Source: a virus
Virus record (IMG/VR): IMGVR_UViG_3300042454_000021
Span: 32,001 to 96,000 of that record
Direction: 5' to 3' (one strand)
DNA length: 64,000 nucleotides
Shown here: positions 9,737-19,560 of the stretch, piece after piece
Numbering within the stretch: the stretch's first letter is position 1
Layout: every line of letters begins with the position of its first letter
Program-made: the position numbers and the translations under genes
Notes under the pieces: model-generated
Told to the model about the DNA's origin: nothing
The model's input: only the letters and a program-made list of their open reading frames with translations
Database searches by the model: none

Positions 9737-10727
9737 TTAGATATGCATTGGTTGTATCTTCACTAGTCCATTTCTGATTAATTATACTAACAGCATCATA
9801 GAATTTCTTTAATATCTTACATACTTGTAACCAGCTATGATCTTGACGTTTTATTAATTGTTCATTTCTCATAGCCCCATACTTATTACATACAGTTTGT
9901 ATACCTGTAACTACAGCTTGTGTTGTATTCTCTGGAAGATTATACATACCAGGTAGAGTGACATTAGATGTACCAACAATTGGTAACCCACAACTCATTG
10001 CTTCTAGTATAGAGAGATTAGGATGTCCATACTCTAAGAATGATGGAGCTAAGAAAAGTGTATGATCTTGATATAACTTAAGAGTTTCATCATCTGTAGG
10101 ATTTGTTAACTTTAAAGTTAACTTTTTATAATCCAAAAGATCTTTATGTCCTTCAAAGAATGCATTGTTATTCTCAGGACCAGCAATAGTTATAGGAAGA
10201 TTAAGTCTTTGAGCTGCCTCTATTCCCCATCTAAATCCTTTTCTATCAATTGTACAATCACCTGCTAATCCATTGTTAGCTATCATCAATAAACTATGAT
10301 CTGTAGTAGTTTCTATAGATGGTTTGAAGAAGTCTGTGTTAACGCCATGTGGAAGATAGAACAACTTATCTGTACCATCAAAGTAATCAATGATGTGTTT
10401 ACTATGACATATAGATATAACAGATCCTTTAATAGCTGCTAAGTTATCCTTATACACACCACTATCTTTACCATACCATTCAGCATGATGATCATGTAGT
10501 GAGTAGATGTATGGTATATCTTTGTCACGCATGTCAATAGCTGTGTTAGCCATGTGTACATGAGCTAACATGTTTGGTTCTTTAACTACTTCATTCCAGT
10601 TTTTAATCTCTACGTCTACATCTAATAGTTTTAAGTTAGTAGTGTATTCCCAGATGATACGTTCTACAGCACCCCAACCATTAGGTGGGATGGTGATAAG
10701 TCCTGTTGCTACTTGTACAATTTTCAT
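9717..10727 (-). CDS. GT4 glycosyltransferase
   Basis: IPPNGWGAVE, PHGVNTDFF, RKG, and E..NLSILEAMSCGLPIV (Ex7E). Confidence 0.88.
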   Translation of the reverse strand: MKIVQVATGLITIPPNGWGAVERIIWEYTTNLKLLDVDVEIKNWNEVVKEPNMLAHVHMANTAIDMRDKDIPYIYSLHDHHAEWYGKDSGVYKDNLAAIKGSVISICHSKHIIDYFDGTDKLFYLPHGVNTDFFKPSIETTTDHSLLMIANNGLAGDCTIDRKGFRWGIEAAQRLNLPITIAGPENNNAFFEGHKDLLDYKKLTLKLTNPTDDETLKLYQDHTLFLAPSFLEYGHPNLSILEAMSCGLPIVGTSNVTLPGMYNLPENTTQAVVTGIQTVCNKYGAMRNEQLIKRQDHSWLQVCKILKKFYDAVSIINQKWTSEDTTNAYLNAYYGF

Positions 10728-13366
10728 TTCTTTATGAATTCTTTATGTTGTTTGTCAATCAATGAATAACCATCTGCCTGTGTTGTAAGTCTTTTATGTA
10801 CAATTCCCATATCATAAGAACTGCTATAAAATATTTGGTTAAAATACATATCAGCTGCGTCCCATTTACTTAAACGCAGTTTTTCCTTTAAAAAGTTACT
10901 GACATAAGAAGGGAACATAATGCATTGTAATCCTATTAAATGATCTGTAACATACATATCTTCATCTACCTCTCTCACTACAGGACTCTGTGGCCATGCA
11001 AACTCTAATGTATCTTTGTCTCCAAAAGACATAAAGCCTATGTTGTTTTTTTCCAACATTAACGCACATTTTTCCACTTTGTGTATGAAATTTCCAACAT
11101 CTCCTTCAATTAAACAATCTCCCTCACAGACTATTATGTATTCGCAGTCATGCATTTCAGCCAATATGGCATTTTTGAATGCTTCATAGCAACCATAGTG
11201 TGCTGGCGTAAGCGCTGTGCTTCGCTCTCTGACTGTAGCCTCATCGAATAACTCCATTGAGATTGCTTGTGGTCTGTTACAGTTATGCTGGGGTGGAAGG
11301 CTGGCATAAGGGATATTCTGGTGGAGGATATACTCCCATCCATAAGCTTTGACTTCTTGTAATGAAGCTCTAGATAATCGTTCTCGTTCATCATTTAATG
11401 TAGTTTGAATGTGTACTAATTTAATTGTAGGTCTGTTCTTATTTGCATTTGCCATTTGCTTTAAAATAATAGTTCCATCATGTTCATATCCATCTAGGAT
11501 ATATAACTCTTCTTTTATTGTCGTCCATTGATCCACTATAAATAACTCTACTGTCTTGACATCATCAGGGATAGGTAACACTAATGTTTGTTTCTCTGAT
11601 AGAGTTATGGATGCAGCTGTAGTAGTATCACTATCATCAAATACAACTTCTATAACTCTATGATCATTATTGTATGAATGGAAATAGAATACATTCTGAC
11701 CAGATATTTGTTCCTTTAGTATTCCATAATACTCACTGTTAGAAGACGTACCATGCCCACTGTGCTCTAGAAAAGTTTCCATATTTGGATACTCTACCCA
11801 CACCCCATTAGTCTTCTGCACCTTCTTCATCATGTAATCTTCTAAGAAGTTCTGAGCTCCTATAGATTCACATAGTTTATTATACTCTTCTGGTGTACGT
11901 ACATCATCTAATAGCTTACCTACAAAGTCTGTATTGAAGAACATACCATTGGTTTGTATACCCTTACCAAATGGTGTATTCAATGTAGCTAGTACAGCTT
12001 GCCATTCACTAGTTAATTTACTAAACCCATTATAGATAGCAGGGAAGTCCTTTTCATCTAGCTCTATATCAAATGTTACATAGAACATCTTATTGAACCC
12101 AAATGCTTTGGCTGCCTTACCTGCATTAATCAAGTTAGTTAGAACAGTGAGAGACTGGTTACTATTTCCAGTTATCTTCATCTCCACCTTAGCTTGTTCA
12201 TCTTCACGATAGAATCTATTGTAGTAGCTATGATGTGTCAAAGGATTGTGTTGATCATAGATGTAATAGTCTACCATTTCCTGTATCTTCTTAGGTACAG
12301 GATAATGACTCACTAACATGATTGGTCTATCCAACTTCTTAGCGCTATTGATGCAATCTATAGTTAGCTTAATCCTGGCATCAGTGTTTGGATAGGTGCC
12401 TATAACAATAAGCTGGTTATTCTTCTCTTGTAGGTTTAATATTTTTCTCATATTTATACTATCAGTATAACTATCGCCACTTAAATAAACTACATCTCTA
12501 TAGTCATCATACTTATTACAATATACATCTAGATTAAACATCATCTTAGGGATGTGTGGATACTCTAGCGCTTCTTTAATAGCTATTGGATTGAGCTCTT
12601 TGTTACCTCTATCTCCTCTAGATGTAAACAAGAACATGTCACAATCTTTTATAAAACTACTAACCCTATCTGATTCTCCATGTACTATACAGTTCTCAGG
12701 AAGATCTTCCATTAATGGTTTCCAATAGCTCTCAAAGTTACCAGCTTGATTACCTAAGAAGTGAAACTTTATATTGTAGTTTATAAGATGTCTAGCTATC
12801 TCTATAGCATAGGCTTGATTCTTACGTGGTGTCCACAGTCCCACTATACAAACGTCAAGGTATTGCTTTACTTTTGGTTCCCTTTTGTCAAGCTTTAGAT
12901 TGACAGGATATTCAATAACTTCCATAGGTACATCCAAGTGAGCATACTTGAAGATGTTATAAGCACTAACAAATACAAAGCTATCAGGCATCCATCTTTT
13001 CTCACTAGGAGGAAATGAACTATCATGTGTAGTTTCTACAATACGATATGTTCTGTCTTCACTATATATTTCTCTAGTTAAATCATTATCCATAAACATC
13101 TCAGGAAACTCTTCCATAGAGATGACATCTGGATTGAAGGTATCGATAAAATCTAAAAGCTCTCTTTTGTTTTCTCCTAGAGATTTAAAGTTGTTTCCAA
13201 TCAAAGTTTGTACCTTCTTGCGCTGTACAACAAAGTTCCATGCAAGAAATGCATATTCCACCACCATGATTTCATAGTGGTCTCGTAACAATTTTACCTT
13301 ATTTAATGTTACCTGGGGTGCTCCTCCTGTACTAAAGTGTGGAGATATAATTAATAGCTTCTTCAT
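10724..13366 (-). CDS. Multidomain glycosyltransferase (N-terminal GT-B/GT4-like, C-terminal GT-A/GT25-like)
   Basis: PHFSTGGAPQ, PRKNQ and ELNPIAIKEAL in the N-terminal part; GCYEAF..AI...IIVCEGD in the C-terminal part. Confidence 0.7.
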   Translation of the reverse strand: MKKLLIISPHFSTGGAPQVTLNKVKLLRDHYEIMVVEYAFLAWNFVVQRKKVQTLIGNNFKSLGENKRELLDFIDTFNPDVISMEEFPEMFMDNDLTREIYSEDRTYRIVETTHDSSFPPSEKRWMPDSFVFVSAYNIFKYAHLDVPMEVIEYPVNLKLDKREPKVKQYLDVCIVGLWTPRKNQAYAIEIARHLINYNIKFHFLGNQAGNFESYWKPLMEDLPENCIVHGESDRVSSFIKDCDMFLFTSRGDRGNKELNPIAIKEALEYPHIPKMMFNLDVYCNKYDDYRDVVYLSGDSYTDSINMRKILNLQEKNNQLIVIGTYPNTDARIKLTIDCINSAKKLDRPIMLVSHYPVPKKIQEMVDYYIYDQHNPLTHHSYYNRFYREDEQAKVEMKITGNSNQSLTVLTNLINAGKAAKAFGFNKMFYVTFDIELDEKDFPAIYNGFSKLTSEWQAVLATLNTPFGKGIQTNGMFFNTDFVGKLLDDVRTPEEYNKLCESIGAQNFLEDYMMKKVQKTNGVWVEYPNMETFLEHSGHGTSSNSEYYGILKEQISGQNVFYFHSYNNDHRVIEVVFDDSDTTTAASITLSEKQTLVLPIPDDVKTVELFIVDQWTTIKEELYILDGYEHDGTIILKQMANANKNRPTIKLVHIQTTLNDERERLSRASLQEVKAYGWEYILHQNIPYASLPPQHNCNRPQAISMELFDEATVRERSTALTPAHYGCYEAFKNAILAEMHDCEYIIVCEGDCLIEGDVGNFIHKVEKCALMLEKNNIGFMSFGDKDTLEFAWPQSPVVREVDEDMYVTDHLIGLQCIMFPSYVSNFLKEKLRLSKWDAADMYFNQIFYSSSYDMGIVHKRLTTQADGYSLIDKQHKEFIKK

Positions 13367-14291
13367 AAACTTGATCTACTTCTGGATGACAATAAAACTT
13401 ATCTTTATTTTCAAGGCAACCTATTAAAGGTTGTACGCCTTGTACAGATCCCCACTCCTTAACTCCATATTTCATATCAGAACAACATTGTAGTGCGCAT
13501 GTACCAGCTACATACTTGTAGTTATGATACTGACCATGCACTGTTCTGTATGGAGCTCTGAAGTTAGGATTGAGTGACGAACCCAAGTGTATAATGGGAG
13601 TATTTGTAGTGCCAGCGAGATGTAACAATCCACTGTCCATAGTTATAAAACATGATGCATTATGTATAAGGTGATAACAATCTGATATAGATGTCTGATT
13701 CATTAGATTCATACCATGAGGTATGTCAAAATTAAATACAGGTTTGTCAACATTAAAGAAGCCAGTCTCACTGCTATCTTTACCAATACTAATGACATAA
13801 AACCCTGCATCATTAAGATGCTTAACAAGCTCCATCCATTTCTCAGCAGGCCATGTTCTATTAGGCCACGTACTTACAGGATGTATAAGTATATACTTAT
13901 GGGGTATATCAAATCTATTTGGTTCTATAGGACTGTATTCACAATACAACTCATATCTATCCAACATGAACCCTAATTGTATAGCATGATACTGACGTAT
14001 GTCGATAGTATTATGTTTCATTTCCACTCCTTTTTCATTCTTCTTACCTACATTGGTGAAGGAGTTATGCATAATGAAGTGTTCATTGAAATATTCCCAA
14101 TCGATTGACGTGGACTTGTAACTATTTTGTACGTATGGATTCTTTTTGAACAGCTCTGGTATAGGACTAACCACAGTTATATTCTGTTCATAGGCTCTAG
14201 ATAGTTTTCTTATAGTGGGCGTAGCACATATAAGATCTCCTAGAGCAGGACATTCACTAAGGTTTAGACAAATTGGTTTAGTAGTTGACAT
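13332..14291 (-). CDS. GT9-family (heptosyltransferase-like) glycosyltransferase
   Basis: ALGDLICATP, IHP..TWPNRTWP, FITMDSGLLHLAG, Cys-rich C-terminus; start likely 14291 (alternative 14315). Confidence 0.85.
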   Translation of the reverse strand: MSTTKPICLNLSECPALGDLICATPTIRKLSRAYEQNITVVSPIPELFKKNPYVQNSYKSTSIDWEYFNEHFIMHNSFTNVGKKNEKGVEMKHNTIDIRQYHAIQLGFMLDRYELYCEYSPIEPNRFDIPHKYILIHPVSTWPNRTWPAEKWMELVKHLNDAGFYVISIGKDSSETGFFNVDKPVFNFDIPHGMNLMNQTSISDCYHLIHNASCFITMDSGLLHLAGTTNTPIIHLGSSLNPNFRAPYRTVHGQYHNYKYVAGTCALQCCSDMKYGVKEWGSVQGVQPLIGCLENKDKFYCHPEVDQVYEEAINYISTL

Positions 14292-14775
14292 AGTATCCAT
14301 ATTTATCATCGCCATATAATAATTTCAATGATGGATATCTACTAGCCATCTTATTGTATGTTAGATCTGGTTGATGATGTGTTTCGTGAATATTACCATA
14401 CTCTTCACCTTGCTCATATAAATAAGGTACAGCAATCAAACACTTCTTACCCAATGCATTAATCTTATCAATTAATGGTATTGCATTATCTAGTGTTAGA
14501 TGTTCTAATACATCTCCTAAGATTAGGTAATTGTAGGGATGAATATCAAACTTACATATGTCTTCTAAGAATACATTATCATAAAGATCTTGTAAATTAA
14601 ACTGATGAATGTAAGGTTCGTAAATTTCAACAGCATCTAAATGACATAGACCTTTTAACATCCTACCATAAGTGCCTGATCCAGGACCTACATCTAAGAC
14701 TTTAAAATCTTTATTTACTACAGAGAGTAAATGCTGTTCTACCTCTTCTTTAAATAGTGAGTAACTATAAGGCAT
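14278..14775 (-). CDS. Class I SAM-dependent methyltransferase
   Basis: VLDVGPGSG, DAVEI, GDVLEHL; start at 14775 follows an A-rich leader. Confidence 0.85.
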   Translation of the reverse strand: MPYSYSLFKEEVEQHLLSVVNKDFKVLDVGPGSGTYGRMLKGLCHLDAVEIYEPYIHQFNLQDLYDNVFLEDICKFDIHPYNYLILGDVLEHLTLDNAIPLIDKINALGKKCLIAVPYLYEQGEEYGNIHETHHQPDLTYNKMASRYPSLKLLYGDDKYGYYVNY

Positions 14776-14792
14776 ACTTTTGTTGGTTTGGT

Positions 14793-14810
14793 CAAAGTTA
14801 ATTATATTTA
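14793..14810. promoter_or_regulatory. Divergent Bacteroidota-type -7 promoter elements
   Basis: TAACTTTG on the - strand (14793-14800) just upstream of the glyco cassette; variant TATATTTA on the + strand before 14829. Confidence 0.5.
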
Positions 14811-14828
14811 CACAAAAATACAAGAGCT

Positions 14829-15197
14829 ATGTTAATAGATGTTAGTACAGGAGAAGTGGCTGATAAGATCAGCATTCTCGTTATTAAGAATGATAAGATC
14901 AAAGATACAACTCAGTTAGCTAATGTTCAAAAAGAACTTAGCGCATTAGTAGAATCATTCCCTGCAGAAATCTTAATTGATAAGTTGTACACTGAGTTAT
15001 GTAATATAAACTATCAGCTTTGGCGTATAGAAGATAACATCAGAGAGAAGGAACGATTGGGCGAGTTTGATGCTGAGTTTATACAGATGGCACGTGATGT
15101 CTACTTCACAAATGATAGAAGAGCATTCATTAAAAAAGAAATAAATATTAAGTATGGATCAGATATTATAGAAGAAAAATCATATAACCCATATTAG
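14829..15197 (+). CDS. DUF6165-like protein (often linked to glycosyltransferase clusters)
   Basis: VSTGEVADKISIL, LWRIEDNIR, ARDVYFTNDRRAFIKKEIN..YGS.IIEEKSY. Confidence 0.75.
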   Translation: MLIDVSTGEVADKISILVIKNDKIKDTTQLANVQKELSALVESFPAEILIDKLYTELCNINYQLWRIEDNIREKERLGEFDAEFIQMARDVYFTNDRRAFIKKEINIKYGSDIIEEKSYNPY

Positions 15198-15386
15198 TTA
15201 AAAATTTATTTGGATAATTCATAGGAATTACAGATATTTGTTACAACATACCTATTCCCCTTCTCATTTGAACAGGGCGCTCAGATTTAGGTTTTTTCTT
15301 TTTTTACATTTCATCAATTTTTTTGTTAACTACATAGCGTCTCAGCCCTATTTGGGTAGGGACGCTATTGTTTTTTCTATACTACT

Positions 15387-15683
15387 ATGGCTGTTCAACC
15401 AGATGCATTTAAAGATTATTTAGTCAAAGGACTAGCTACATTAGTTGTAGGAATGATGTGGTACGACATCAAGGATATAAAGACGCAGTTACATAGTTTA
15501 AATGATCGTACAGTGAGTAATACAATTAAAATTGAGAATATAGAACGTCAGTTCTACAAACAAACAACATATAAATCACCATTTCCTCCAAGTGAATATC
15601 CTAAAGGAATTATTAAAGCAGAGATGGTGGCAATATTAAGAGATAATGACCTAACGCCTAAAGAGTATGAAACATATAATTGA
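15387..15683 (+). CDS. Membrane-anchored coiled-coil protein (lysis region)
   Basis: One N-terminal transmembrane segment followed by heptads. Confidence 0.55.
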   Translation: MAVQPDAFKDYLVKGLATLVVGMMWYDIKDIKTQLHSLNDRTVSNTIKIENIERQFYKQTTYKSPFPPSEYPKGIIKAEMVAILRDNDLTPKEYETYN

Positions 15684-15969
15684 AGATCCTAAAGATTCTT
15701 TTTGGACTATATTTAAAGATACAAATGATTGGAATGAAAAGGCAATTATTGGAGCTATTTCGTTTGTTATCATGGTGGCTGTTGTTGCTATAGATTTATT
15801 TACAGGATTCTTTGGCAAAGAGTTAGTGTTAAATGATTATGTATTTAATTCATTTGTGATTACAACCCTTGGCTGCTTTGGTATTTCTGGCGTAGAGAAC
15901 ATCATGGGTAAGAAAACTAAAACAAAAGAGCCAGAAGAACAACCTTTCCCTGAAGACTATGAAGGATAA
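15667..15969 (+). CDS. Putative holin
   Basis: Two transmembrane segments and a charged C-terminus; upstream of the endolysin. Confidence 0.55.
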   Translation: MKHIIEDPKDSFWTIFKDTNDWNEKAIIGAISFVIMVAVVAIDLFTGFFGKELVLNDYVFNSFVITTLGCFGISGVENIMGKKTKTKEPEEQPFPEDYEG

Positions 15970-16564
15970 ACTACTTATATTATTAATTGGAATCTTTGCT
16001 ACACTATCATTATATCAATGGAGAGGATCCAGCAAAGCTAAGGGCCCAGATACATTAGTCGTAAGAGATACAACCTGGTTGAAGCACGATAGTTTAATTG
16101 TCAAGAAGGTTCCTGTGATTAGAGAAATACCTATGCCATACGAAGTGTTAGTGAAAGAATACCAAGCTGATACATCTTATCCAAAACTAAAGAAACAATA
16201 CGAAGACTTAGCTAAAGACTATGCTGCTAAGCGTGTATATGTAGACTCAGTTAATGTAGGAAAGTTTGGACACATCCAGATAATAGATACAGTTTCAAAG
16301 AACAAACTTAGTAAGCGTACCACTAAAGATAATTTTAAAATCCCTGTAGTAAAAGAAACAGTAACAATAACCAAATATGCAGAACCTGAACGACAACTCT
16401 ATCTTGGTGGTGGTGTTAATGCTAATAGTAGCAGTGGTATCAGAAGTGTCGAGGGAGGACTATTATATAAGACTAAGAAAGATCAAATCTATGGAGTTAA
16501 AGCAACAACAACTATAGATGGAATAACAACCTTTGGTGTTTCTACATACTTTAAAATAAAATAA
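15959..16564 (+). CDS. Membrane-anchored protein, spanin-like
   Basis: N-terminal transmembrane segment, DTLVVRDT repeats typical of Bacteroidota phage lysis proteins, amphipathic beta C-terminus. Confidence 0.5.
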   Translation: MKDKLLILLIGIFATLSLYQWRGSSKAKGPDTLVVRDTTWLKHDSLIVKKVPVIREIPMPYEVLVKEYQADTSYPKLKKQYEDLAKDYAAKRVYVDSVNVGKFGHIQIIDTVSKNKLSKRTTKDNFKIPVVKETVTITKYAEPERQLYLGGGVNANSSSGIRSVEGGLLYKTKKDQIYGVKATTTIDGITTFGVSTYFKIK

Positions 16565-16565
16565 T

Positions 16566-16685
16566 ATGAGGTTCTTAAACTTTTTACGTTCATTAATTTG
16601 GAAGCCTGAGCCTATATTAGAAGGTAAAGCAGAAGTTGTTAAAAAGAAAGTTGTTAGAAAAAAGAAAAATGTCAACGTTGCGTAA
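16566..16685 (+). CDS. Small basic hypothetical protein (39 aa, not in ORF track)
   Basis: MRFLNFLRSLIWKPEP...KKKVVRKKKNVNVA fills the gap before the endolysin. Confidence 0.45.
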   Translation: MRFLNFLRSLIWKPEPILEGKAEVVKKKVVRKKKNVNVA

Positions 16686-17493
16686 AGGTGATGAAGGTCC
16701 ACTAGTAACCAAGCTTCAAGAGAAGTTAGGCGTAGATCCTATTGGTAAGTTTGGACCTAAGACAGAAGCAGCTCTAATAGCATGGCAGTTAGCTAATGGC
16801 TTACAAGCTGATGGCATAGCTGGCCCTTTTACATTAGCTAAACTTGGTATAGAAGACCTGCCTAAAGCAGCTCCTGTAGAGATTCCTGAATCAGGATTTA
16901 AACTACACAAGTTAAAAGGACACATACCAGATGGTGTGATTGCACAGATCCCTGATACAGCTGCACGTTTTGGTATTACAAACAACTTACGTCTTGCGCA
17001 CTTCTTATCACAATGTGGTCATGAGAGTGGAGGCTTTAAAGCTGTACGTGAGAACTTAAACTATTCAGTTAAAGGATTAGTAGGTATCTTTAAGAAATAC
17101 TTTAGTCCTACATTAGCTGTAGCATATGAAAGACAACCTGATAAGATAGCTAACAGAGTTTATGCTGGTCGTATGGGTAATGGTGATGAGAATTCAGGTG
17201 ATGGATATAAGTTTAGAGGCAGAGGATATATACAATTAACAGGTAAAGAGAACTACACAAGGTTCGACGCCACAGTTCCTGAGAACATAATTGCAGATCC
17301 AGATTTAGTTGCTACTAAATACCCACTGGCATCAGCAGCTTTTTTCTTTAATAGTAATAAGTTGTGGTCTATATGTGATAGAGGTGCTACGCCTGAAGTA
17401 GTAACAGCAGTGACTAAGAGAGTTAATGGAGGAACTATTGGTCTTGCAGATAGAAATAAACATTTCAATGAATATTATAACCTCCTAAAATAA
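16669..17493 (+). CDS. Endolysin: peptidoglycan-binding domain plus GH19 chitinase/lysozyme-like domain
   Basis: LRKGDEG..V..LQ and ADGIAGP PG-binding motif; HFLSQCGHESGG, ENLNYS, FRGRGYIQLTGK, VTKRVNGG. Confidence 0.93.
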   Translation: MSTLRKGDEGPLVTKLQEKLGVDPIGKFGPKTEAALIAWQLANGLQADGIAGPFTLAKLGIEDLPKAAPVEIPESGFKLHKLKGHIPDGVIAQIPDTAARFGITNNLRLAHFLSQCGHESGGFKAVRENLNYSVKGLVGIFKKYFSPTLAVAYERQPDKIANRVYAGRMGNGDENSGDGYKFRGRGYIQLTGKENYTRFDATVPENIIADPDLVATKYPLASAAFFFNSNKLWSICDRGATPEVVTAVTKRVNGGTIGLADRNKHFNEYYNLLK

Positions 17494-17624
17494 TGGCTAA
17501 ACCATCAAAAAACGCTGAGAACAGAAAGATTGTCTTTGGTGTAAGACGTAAAGGCAAACATCAAAAGAACTTTGGACCTAAAGCTTCTCCTAGAAAAAAG
17601 AAGTATAGAGGACAAGGTAGATAA
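17493..17624 (+). CDS. Small highly basic protein (43 aa, not in ORF track)
   Basis: MAKPSKN...KKKYRGQGR; start overlaps the endolysin stop (TAATG). Confidence 0.6.
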   Translation: MAKPSKNAENRKIVFGVRRKGKHQKNFGPKASPRKKKYRGQGR

Positions 17625-17635
17625 ATAACCAACCA

Positions 17636-17734
17636 ATGAAAACATTTAAACTAACTTTGTGGATTGTATCTACAATCGTTGCAGTATCATTAATGATTCA
17701 ACTATTGTACATATACAAACATTTTATAATGTAA
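17636..17734 (+). CDS. Single-transmembrane peptide (32 aa)
   Basis: AACCAACCA leader; one hydrophobic helix. Confidence 0.4.
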   Translation: MKTFKLTLWIVSTIVAVSLMIQLLYIYKHFIM

Positions 17735-17735
17735 A

Positions 17736-18137
17736 ATGATGCATACACAAGAAGAAAAAACAGCAGAGCTAGAAAAAATAATTGCAGTAGATAGAGGCAA
17801 GTCTGACTTAGTTGAGAAGCTAGTGTATATATTGTTTCCTATTTGTGTTTCTGCAATTGGATGGTTGTTAACGCAGGTTAGTGAGCTTGATTCAAAGGTG
17901 AGCGTGTTAGAAAATAAAATGGCTGTTGTTGTCAACGCTGAGAACAAAGCTATACCTCCACAAGGAACAACTATTGAACTAGAAGAACTAAGAGCTGCTG
18001 CTATGCAAGCAAGATCTGATTTAAAGTTTGAGATAAGTGATAAGATAAATAACATTAAAGAAGGTGCTATGACTGAAAGAGCTGATATAAAAGCAAGACT
18101 ATCAGTTATAGAAGATAGATTAAATCGTAGAAGATAA
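17736..18137 (+). CDS. Transmembrane plus coiled-coil protein (lysis region)
   Basis: One transmembrane segment followed by heptad repeats. Confidence 0.55.
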   Translation: MMHTQEEKTAELEKIIAVDRGKSDLVEKLVYILFPICVSAIGWLLTQVSELDSKVSVLENKMAVVVNAENKAIPPQGTTIELEELRAAAMQARSDLKFEISDKINNIKEGAMTERADIKARLSVIEDRLNRRR

Positions 18138-18140
18138 AAA

Positions 18141-18425
18141 ATGACAGCTAGAAAAATATCCACAAACCCTTTACCTATTTCGTTTAAAGATTTTTCTAAA
18201 AATCCTATAGTGGGTACGTTATTTGTTGTTCTTATAGGAATATCTTATTTGTATATTGATGTACGTAATACATTCACTGATCAAATCTCTCGTCAGAATG
18301 AGAAGATAGATAAGATGGAGGTTAAAGTGGATGCTTGTACAAATCAATTAAGAAAGTCTGATAGTTTACTTTCAGCAAGTGCTAGTAAAATAATGGTGTT
18401 ACAACAACTAGGGAAGATAAAATGA
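18141..18425 (+). CDS. Transmembrane plus coiled-coil protein (holin/spanin-like)
   Basis: One transmembrane segment followed by a coiled coil. Confidence 0.55.
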   Translation: MTARKISTNPLPISFKDFSKNPIVGTLFVVLIGISYLYIDVRNTFTDQISRQNEKIDKMEVKVDACTNQLRKSDSLLSASASKIMVLQQLGKIK

Positions 18426-18778
18426 GACTCTTAATTATTTTTTCAATTTTCTTGTATGGTTGTTCTACAACTATTGCAGAAACAAATACATCAATAAATG
18501 ATAAACCTAGAAATATACAAAAAGAAGATTTTGAAGCTATTATGGCCCAATCTCAGAAGACTGGAATCCAAGCTGATGCTGCTTCTAGAAAAGCTGATCA
18601 AGCAGTAGAGAAGAAAGTGGATGTTACGATCAATAAGATAGAAACATTAAAGGAAGAAATTAAAGACTTAGTTAAAGAAAATGAAACCTTACAAAAAACT
18701 ATTAATGTTAGTGGTGAGCCTTTTGTTATTTTCTCAATCAGCGATAGCACAATATCCAACAAAGAAAATAATAGGTAA
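18422..18778 (+). CDS. Putative lipoprotein (o-spanin-like)
   Basis: Hydrophobic signal ending LYG-C lipobox; coiled coil. Confidence 0.5.
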   Translation: MRLLIIFSIFLYGCSTTIAETNTSINDKPRNIQKEDFEAIMAQSQKTGIQADAASRKADQAVEKKVDVTINKIETLKEEIKDLVKENETLQKTINVSGEPFVIFSISDSTISNKENNR

Positions 18779-19106
18779 TGATACAGTGGTTATCATTACA
18801 GAGAAGCAAGCTAACGATATAAATAATATTTTTAAAAATATAAAGGGCGATAGGATTAAGTTTGATAGCTTAGTGGTTTCATTTGATAAAGCAAAAAAAC
18901 TAAATAAAGAACTAGACGCTAAGCAAGCTAACTATTATTCATTACTTGCTGAATCCAATAACAGGACTTCTGTTGTAGAAGAAAAAAATAAAAATTTAAC
19001 ACTAATAAATACATCATTAGGTAAAGCTAAGTTGTCAATTGATTTGTCAACACTTTCACTTATGTTTGCACTTGTTAGTATTTTAGCGATATCATTTAAA
19101 CCATAA
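18681..19106 (+). CDS. Secreted or membrane protein with signal peptide and C-terminal transmembrane segment
   Basis: Signal-like N-terminus, coiled coil, hydrophobic C-terminus. Confidence 0.5.
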   Translation: MKPYKKLLMLVVSLLLFSQSAIAQYPTKKIIGNDTVVIITEKQANDINNIFKNIKGDRIKFDSLVVSFDKAKKLNKELDAKQANYYSLLAESNNRTSVVEEKNKNLTLINTSLGKAKLSIDLSTLSLMFALVSILAISFKP

Positions 19107-19110
19107 ATAT

Positions 19111-19449
19111 ATGTTAGAGAAAATAGCCATCTATGCAGGAATAGCAATAATGTTATCTGTATACCCAGCAATTAAGATTAGAAAAGCCAACGCACTATCT
19201 AGATACCAAAATAGAGTTAGTGTATTAGAACACAAGATTGATGAAATCAAAATCATAGAGCAAGATCCTGCTACAAGGTTTGTAAAGATTGGTAAGATAG
19301 AAGCCAAGATTGTAAAGGTGAGAGAGAAAGCTGATGAAACTATGAAGGTTTTAAAGCTACGTGCTAAGTGGGACTATCAGAAAGACCTAATAAAACTTAA
19401 GCGTAAACAGGTTTATCTTGATTCTACAATTGTATTACCTGCTAAATAA
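19111..19449 (+). CDS. Membrane-anchored basic hypothetical protein
   Basis: N-terminal transmembrane segment, Lys-rich helix. Confidence 0.5.
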   Translation: MLEKIAIYAGIAIMLSVYPAIKIRKANALSRYQNRVSVLEHKIDEIKIIEQDPATRFVKIGKIEAKIVKVREKADETMKVLKLRAKWDYQKDLIKLKRKQVYLDSTIVLPAK

Positions 19450-19511
19450 TCAATTTGATTAGAGTTGCTAATACAAATCATTAAAGTAAATTTTAATACT
19501 AATAATATATA

Positions 19512-19534
19512 TTGTTTAAACTAATATATATTTG
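19512..19534 (+). promoter_or_regulatory. Bacteroidota sigma70-type promoter (TTG ... TATATTTG)
   Basis: TAnnTTTG at 19527-19534 in an intergenic AT-rich gap, 26 nt before ATG 19561. Confidence 0.6.
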
Positions 19535-19560
19535 TAACATTCTATAAAAATATTCATACA

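Noticed and set aside
15238-15423. ORF 15238..15423 and other short ORFs antisense to well-supported genes
   Set aside because: Non-ATG starts, low complexity, and overlap with regulatory hairpins or stronger genes.
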